Origin: an uncultured Spirochaetota bacterium
Lineage (GTDB): Bacteria > Spirochaetota > UBA4802 > UBA5550
NCBI GenBank assembly: GCA_963827275.1
Contig: CAWHAA010000006.1
Span: forward strand, 128,001 to 192,000
DNA length: 64,000 nucleotides
Direction: 5' to 3'
In this document: piece by piece, positions 58,848 through 64,000 of the stretch
How the letters are laid out: every line of letters begins with the position of its first letter
Numbering within the stretch: position 1 is the stretch's first letter
Translations under genes and position numbers: made by a program
The notes under the pieces: generated by a model
What the model was told of the DNA's origin: nothing
The model's database searches: none
What the model saw: the letters and a program-made list of their open reading frames with translations, nothing else

Positions 58848-60068
58848 ATGGATATGCATAATAACGTCGTCATCACCGGCATGAACATCATCTCCTCGCT
58901 CGGGTTACACCTTGAGGAAAACTGGACAAACCTGCTCGCCGGGAAGAGCGGCGTCCGGACCATCGATCTCTTTGACCCCTCGGGGTGCGAAACGCGCATT
59001 GCGGCGCAGGTCCCGGAGGGGTTCGATCAGTACGCCGTGCGTTTCATAAAAAAGCGGCTTGCCGGTCAGATGACAAGGGTGACGCGCATGGCGTATGCCT
59101 GCGCGGCCGGGGCAATCGAAAGGTCGGGGCTCGATTTTACCCGTCATGACCGCGGGCGCTGTGCCGTCATCTTCGGGGCGGTGTCAACCGGCAATTCAAG
59201 CGTGGAAAAGGGCACAACGTCAAAAAACACGATCATCAAACGCATGAGCAATGCGATTCCCGCATGGATATCCCTTCACTACGGCCTGGAGGGACCGAAC
59301 TTTACCGTCAATACGGCATGCGCCTCGTCTTCGTACGCCATGGGACTCGGGTACGACATGATCAGGAGCGGGGCTGCGGATATCGTCATTACCGGCGGCG
59401 CGGATTCAACCATCAACCCTGAAGAGATTACCGGTTTCAACGAGATGTACGCGCTGAGCGTCCGCAACGACAGGCCAGGACAGGCCAGCAGGCCGTTCGA
59501 ACGGGACCGCGACGGGTTTGTCATCGGCGAGGGAGCTGGCGTCGTCATACTTGAATCCGAGGAATCAGCCCGGTCGCGTGGTGCGACAATCCTGGCGGAA
59601 TTCGCAGGGTATGCCATGACCAGCGAATCGTACAACATCATGGCGCCGAAAAAGGACGGGGAGGGTATGGCGGCGACCATGGCAAAAGCTCTCGGGAACT
59701 CCGGGATCGCACCCGGCCAGGTGGATTACATCAACGCGCATGGTACGGGGACGCTCCTCAACGACCGGTATGAGACCATGGCCATCAAGCGTGTTTTCGG
59801 TGAAGCGGCCGCGCGGATCCCGGTATCGTCCTGCAAGTCCATGATCGGCCATTCTATTGCCGCGGCCGGCTCGATAGAAGCGGCCATCACCGTCATGTGC
59901 ATCAGGGAGCAGGTGGTTACCCCGACCATAAATTACGATACCGCCGATCCCGACCTCGACCTGGACTATGTGCCGAATAATTCGCGGCCCCATAAAATTA
60001 ATGTTGCAATATCAAATTCCTTTGCTTTTGGTGGGCATAACGCTACTATTGTACTGAAAAAATATTAA
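58848..60068 (+). CDS. fabF: Beta-ketoacyl-ACP synthase II (FabF-like)
   Basis: NTACASS, RDGFVIGEGAG, INAHGTGT, KSMIGH, SNSFAFGGHN (Cys-His-His intact). Confidence 0.92.
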   Translation: MDMHNNVVITGMNIISSLGLHLEENWTNLLAGKSGVRTIDLFDPSGCETRIAAQVPEGFDQYAVRFIKKRLAGQMTRVTRMAYACAAGAIERSGLDFTRHDRGRCAVIFGAVSTGNSSVEKGTTSKNTIIKRMSNAIPAWISLHYGLEGPNFTVNTACASSSYAMGLGYDMIRSGAADIVITGGADSTINPEEITGFNEMYALSVRNDRPGQASRPFERDRDGFVIGEGAGVVILESEESARSRGATILAEFAGYAMTSESYNIMAPKKDGEGMAATMAKALGNSGIAPGQVDYINAHGTGTLLNDRYETMAIKRVFGEAAARIPVSSCKSMIGHSIAAAGSIEAAITVMCIREQVVTPTINYDTADPDLDLDYVPNNSRPHKINVAISNSFAFGGHNATIVLKKY

Positions 60069-60129
60069 TGCTACGCGGCCGCGCAGGGGGCCAGGGCAGA
60101 TCACCATACCGGCAACCGGGGAGAAACAT

Positions 60130-60435
60130 ATGGCTAAGATTGATAACGGCACCAGGGATGAAGTGCGCAACATGGTATACGAATTTTTTTCTGAAGAGTG
60201 CGAGGTGCCTATCGGACAGCTGACCGACGAGACCAACGTTATCAGGGATCTCGAAGGCGATTCCCTCATGTTCCTTGAACTCCTTGAGATATTCAAGAAA
60301 AAATACCGGTTGAGCATCGAGCTCAAGACAGTCGGCAAGTATGTCGTCAAGCACCCGGCTGAAACGATCGGCGCGATCGTCAACATGACGATGCTCATCA
60401 TAGAGCATGAGAACAACATAGCGGACCTTGACTGA
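60130..60435 (+). CDS. Acyl carrier protein (cluster-specific)
   Basis: DLEGDSLMFLEL phosphopantetheine Ser motif; 101 aa, acidic. Confidence 0.85.
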   Translation: MAKIDNGTRDEVRNMVYEFFSEECEVPIGQLTDETNVIRDLEGDSLMFLELLEIFKKKYRLSIELKTVGKYVVKHPAETIGAIVNMTMLIIEHENNIADLD

Positions 60436-61396
60436 ATTGGAACGAAAAAGAACCGCAGCGATATTCCCCGCCTTCGGGTGCAGGTACCTCGGCATCGAAC
60501 AGGACATTTTGAACGACATGTCCGGCGATCTGCGGGAGCTCCTGTCGCGGGCGGAAGCCGCCGTTGCGTTCGACAGGGACGAATTTCTGTCGCAGACCGA
60601 TGGCAATTTTACCGATGAACTTCAGTCCCAGTACGCCGCCTACATCATCAGCTGCGCATTTTCCAATATTTTGAAGAGAAACGGCGTGCGGATCGATTAT
60701 GCCGCAGGGTACAGCATGGGTCTCTACGCCGCCATCTTTCACGCTGAATCGGTTACCTTCGAACAGGGCCTTGAGCTTATCACCCTGGCGTATACCCTGA
60801 TCCGTGAAGCCGCCGCCGGCCTCGATTTCGGGACCGGCGTGATTTCCGGGCTCGAAGAGGGAGATGTCCGCTCGATTATCACGGGCACCGCAGGCCTTGA
60901 GATCATCAATATCATCAGCCGCCACAGCCTCATGATTGCCGGCGCCTCGAGCGCGGTCACCGCGGCGCTTGCAGCGGCAAAGGGCCAGGGGGCGCTCAAC
61001 ACGAAATATCTGGCTTTAAAACTGCCCTATCATTCGCATTTCATGAAAGAAGCCGCGCGCAGGTTTTACGATCACTGCTCCGGCATGACCATTTACGATC
61101 CGTCCTGCAGCATCATATCGACGCTCGACGGCAGGGTGCTGACGACGTGGGAAGGCGTCGTCGGCGACCTTGCCGGTAATATCGACCGGAACATACACTG
61201 GCTCCGGGCGATGGAGCGGATGATCGCGGCCGGTGTAAACGTGTTTTTCGAGTGCGGCCCGGGCAGGAGCCTGTCAAGGATCGCGCGTTTCATCGACGGC
61301 GACTTCACCGTGTACGGCCCCGGCACCATGAATGAGCTGCTTGCGTCGGGAAAGGCCTGCGGCAGGGCCAGGGCATTGAATTTCCAGGGCGTATGA
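60428..61396 (+). CDS. FabD-like ACP acyltransferase (atypical)
   Basis: FPAFG (for FPGQG), AAGYSMG (GxSxG), PYHS, FFECGPG. Confidence 0.85.
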   Translation: MTELERKRTAAIFPAFGCRYLGIEQDILNDMSGDLRELLSRAEAAVAFDRDEFLSQTDGNFTDELQSQYAAYIISCAFSNILKRNGVRIDYAAGYSMGLYAAIFHAESVTFEQGLELITLAYTLIREAAAGLDFGTGVISGLEEGDVRSIITGTAGLEIINIISRHSLMIAGASSAVTAALAAAKGQGALNTKYLALKLPYHSHFMKEAARRFYDHCSGMTIYDPSCSIISTLDGRVLTTWEGVVGDLAGNIDRNIHWLRAMERMIAAGVNVFFECGPGRSLSRIARFIDGDFTVYGPGTMNELLASGKACGRARALNFQGV

Positions 61397-62733
61397 AAAT
61401 CCTTCTCGTGAACCCGCCGCGATCGCCGCACAACGGCATCCTCGGTTTCGCGCCGGAGGCGGCCCGCCGGTTCATACATAAAAAGCTGATCGGTCCGCCG
61501 CTCGGGCTCCTCACCATAGCGACAGCTGTGCGCGGCCACGATGTGCACCTTCTCGACATGAAGGGAGAATACGACCTTGACCCGGGCGCCCCTGGCCAGG
61601 AGACACTGCTCAGGAAGCACCTGGAGGCGGTCAGGCCGGATGTCGTGGGCGTGACATTTATCGCGTCGGAATTCAACAGCGGGATAGACTTGTTCCGGAC
61701 AGTGAAACAATATGACCCCGGGATACTGACGGTCGCCGGCGGCCTGCATGCCACCGCGTGCCCGTACGATTTCACCGATGGCGCCGTTGATGCCGTGATC
61801 CCGGGGCAGTGCGCCGATATCTTCACGGAAACGGTCAGGGCGAGGGAACAGGGCCGGGGGCCGGCATCGGTCCCGGGCCTGTTCGCAAACGGCGCCGGCG
61901 GCCTGACTTTTACCGGACGCGCGGAGCGGAACTGGGAGCCGGCCGGTAAGGATTTTATCATGCCCGACCGCTCATACCTCAACCGCTGGATCTCCGCATA
62001 CCGCGCAGGCGGATCGCCGGATCCGAGCACCTACATCTTCACTTCGCTCGGCTGCCCGTACCGCTGCACCTTCTGCTCAATATGGCCGCTCTTCGACGGA
62101 CGCTACCACCAGCGCGGGGTTGAAAGCGTGATTGAGGAGCTTAAAGCGACCGCCGACTACCCGGTGGTGCGGTTCGCGGACGCCAACTCGATCGTGAGCG
62201 AAGCGTTCATGAACGCCCTCTGCGACAGGATAGCGGAAGAGGGGATACGGAAGTTCTTCATCATGGACATACGCTTCGACACCGCGGTCAGATACCCCCG
62301 CCTCATAGAGAAGCTTGCCAGAAACGGGCTCAGGGTGGTCATCTGCGGGTTTGAGTCGTTCAGGGAGGAAGAGCTGCGGCGCTATCGCAAGGAGGCGCAG
62401 GCAAAGCTGATCGAGGAGGCGATCGCCATATTCCACGCAAACGGCATCATGGTGCGTGGCAACTACGTGATCCCCTCCGATTACACGGAGGACGATTTCA
62501 GCGCCATGGCGGAATATGCCGGCTCGCACAGGGTGGTGTATGCAGGGTATACAATCCTTACCCCCATGCCGGGGACGGCCTACCATGAAAGCGTGAAGGA
62601 CCAGATAATAGACTTCGATCTTTCAAAGTATAATTTTTTCAACAGCGTGTTCAGGACCGCCCTGCCGGAGGAAAAGTTCTACGAAAATGTGGGGAAGCTC
62701 TGGCTCATCAAGGAAGGGAAAGACGTCATTTAG
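61393..62733 (+). CDS. B12-binding radical SAM enzyme (class B methyltransferase/BchE-like)
   Basis: PPLGLLTIA, DVVGVT, VAGGLHAT (cobalamin domain); GCPYRCTFC; FADAN, GFES, LTPMPGT. Confidence 0.92.
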   Translation: MKILLVNPPRSPHNGILGFAPEAARRFIHKKLIGPPLGLLTIATAVRGHDVHLLDMKGEYDLDPGAPGQETLLRKHLEAVRPDVVGVTFIASEFNSGIDLFRTVKQYDPGILTVAGGLHATACPYDFTDGAVDAVIPGQCADIFTETVRAREQGRGPASVPGLFANGAGGLTFTGRAERNWEPAGKDFIMPDRSYLNRWISAYRAGGSPDPSTYIFTSLGCPYRCTFCSIWPLFDGRYHQRGVESVIEELKATADYPVVRFADANSIVSEAFMNALCDRIAEEGIRKFFIMDIRFDTAVRYPRLIEKLARNGLRVVICGFESFREEELRRYRKEAQAKLIEEAIAIFHANGIMVRGNYVIPSDYTEDDFSAMAEYAGSHRVVYAGYTILTPMPGTAYHESVKDQIIDFDLSKYNFFNSVFRTALPEEKFYENVGKLWLIKEGKDVI

Positions 62734-62742
62734 CCCGCCGGC

Positions 62743-63861
62743 TCATCCGTGATACCGCATGGCATACCCTGCCTGCATGAATTTGCTCACCTCGGTGACA
62801 AAGCTGAGCACCAGGTCCCCGTCATGAAGTTGTTCTTCCCTGAGTATCGTATCGAGGCAGATAAATGCCATGGGCGGCCCCGGGTAGCCGATGGTCGACA
62901 TCCTGGTGTACAGGGTTGACGCGGGTATTCCGAGGGCCGCGCATTCTTCCAGTACCAGGTCGGCGATGTGCTTTGAAGGCAGGTTTACCTGGAAAAACCT
63001 GAGGCCCGACAGGTCGATGTTGTTCGATTCTATCATGCGCCTGAGCCCCTTGAAGAAAACGGTGCCGTCAGGGTCATGGAAGTGGGCGCGGAGCTGTTCC
63101 TGGAACATCTGCGCAAGGTGGTGATACCCGCGTTCAAATTCCTCCCGGGGGTTCATCCAGTACGCGGGGCGTCGGTTGCCCATGGGAGAGGGCTTTTTGC
63201 CGCCTACCGATTCCATGAAGGTTTGCTCGACGAACAGGCCCCTGCCGGGCGCGTCCTGCCCCTCCAGCACGAGCGCGCCGGCGCCGTCGCAGAGGAACCA
63301 CCGGAGGAAAACGTCCTCTTTCCTGATGAGGGGCTGGTTGTAATATTCGGCGCGGAGCTCCGACGATGATATGCTTGATGAGAGCACCAGCGCGTTCCGG
63401 TACCTGCCGTTCTTTATCAGGTCGGACGCAAGGAGGAGCGATTTATACGCCGAGGTGCAGTTCGCATGGATTGAGAGCTCGGCGCAGCGCTCGATCCCCA
63501 GGGCCTCCTGGATGCGCACGGAGGGGGTCGGCATCTGGTCCATGTGGGCGCTGCCGTAAACGATCAGGTCAATGTCGCCGGCGCTTCTGCCGGCTGATTC
63601 CAGGGCGGCCCGGGCGGCCTTCACCGACATGGTGACATTGTCTTCGAAAAAATCGCGGGTGTCGGGGTCAATGGCGTAGTAGTAGTGGCTGATATCAAGC
63701 ATCTCCTTCATGAGGGGCCTGATGCGGCGCATCCACTTCATCACGGGTGCGGGCGCTTCGGTTATCTCGCCGAGGTAGCGGTCGATATCGTCGAACGGCA
63801 CCGGCGTTCCCGGGAGGAAGGAACCGCTGCCTGTCACCCGGACATGGCGTGCATCTGTCAT
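62743..63861 (-). CDS. DarB/StlD-like 3-oxoacyl-ACP synthase III family protein
   Basis: GSFLPG, HANCTSAY (catalytic Cys), FLRWFLCDGAGA, FVTEVSKF. Confidence 0.82.
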   Translation of the reverse strand: MTDARHVRVTGSGSFLPGTPVPFDDIDRYLGEITEAPAPVMKWMRRIRPLMKEMLDISHYYYAIDPDTRDFFEDNVTMSVKAARAALESAGRSAGDIDLIVYGSAHMDQMPTPSVRIQEALGIERCAELSIHANCTSAYKSLLLASDLIKNGRYRNALVLSSSISSSELRAEYYNQPLIRKEDVFLRWFLCDGAGALVLEGQDAPGRGLFVEQTFMESVGGKKPSPMGNRRPAYWMNPREEFERGYHHLAQMFQEQLRAHFHDPDGTVFFKGLRRMIESNNIDLSGLRFFQVNLPSKHIADLVLEECAALGIPASTLYTRMSTIGYPGPPMAFICLDTILREEQLHDGDLVLSFVTEVSKFMQAGYAMRYHG

Positions 63862-64000
63862 AACGGCGCGCTCTCCTTTTTCATAATGCTCCCATTTTCT
63901 GTTTTTATCGAAGCGGACATTTTTTTTACAAGATCAATCGCCCGCGCGACCACGTCCTTTTTGGGCGTGATGACATCGACGAGCTTCCATGAAAGAGCCT
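63858..64000 (-). CDS. C-terminal end of a probable enoyl-CoA hydratase/isomerase (crotonase) family protein (partial)
   Basis: My translation: ...ALSWKLVDVITPKKDVVARAIDLVKKMSASIKTENGSIMKKESAPL*; ATGA overlap with the KAS III gene; resembles the crotonase EAL.WGLVD.VVP motif. Confidence 0.5.
   Translation of the reverse strand, partial: ALSWKLVDVITPKKDVVARAIDLVKKMSASIKTENGSIMKKESAPL

Noticed and set aside
58848..63861. Calling the cluster ladderane, aryl polyene or dialkylresorcinol biosynthesis
   Set aside because: Diagnostic partners (DarA, desaturases, chain-length factor, dehydratases) are not visible in the window; the product cannot be assigned
1..64000. tRNA/rRNA genes, IS elements, integrases, prophage or defence systems
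   Set aside because: None recognised; intergenic gaps are short and no transposase, integrase or phage motifs were seen

Overview
A 64-kb window of bacterial chromosome with GC-rich coding regions and AT-rich intergenic gaps. Gene content suggests a free-living Spirochaetota (inference from the OmpL47-like protein, the adenylate cyclase-FecR pair and the GspC-N cluster). Most of it is housekeeping: partial rlmD, dnaG-rpoD-gpsA, folC, aroE, ispH, argS, cinA, aroQ, glmS and hisI-hisG. It also carries a complete gspCDEFGHIJKLMN type II secretion cluster, two class III adenylate cyclases, several lipoproteins/secreted proteins and, at the right edge, an apparently truncated specialised acyl/lipid biosynthesis cluster. 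That cluster comprises FabF, a dedicated ACP, an atypical FabD-like acyltransferase, a B12-dependent radical SAM enzyme, a DarB-like KAS III with altered catalytic residues and a partial crotonase-like gene. It is the best candidate here for an undescribed system. Other notable items: an FGGY kinase next to a sphingosine-1-phosphate-lyase-like gene; enzymes fused to degenerate domains (GpsA + PlsB-like, IspH + UbiA-like, adenylate cyclase + pseudo-phosphatase); a membrane 7TM-PAS-HATPase kinase with no HisKA domain; a secreted YHYH protein with a Lys/Asp repeat tail; and a 1-nt frameshift in glmS. I saw no rRNA, tRNA, CRISPR array or mobile element. All family calls come from reading motifs by eye, not from database searches.
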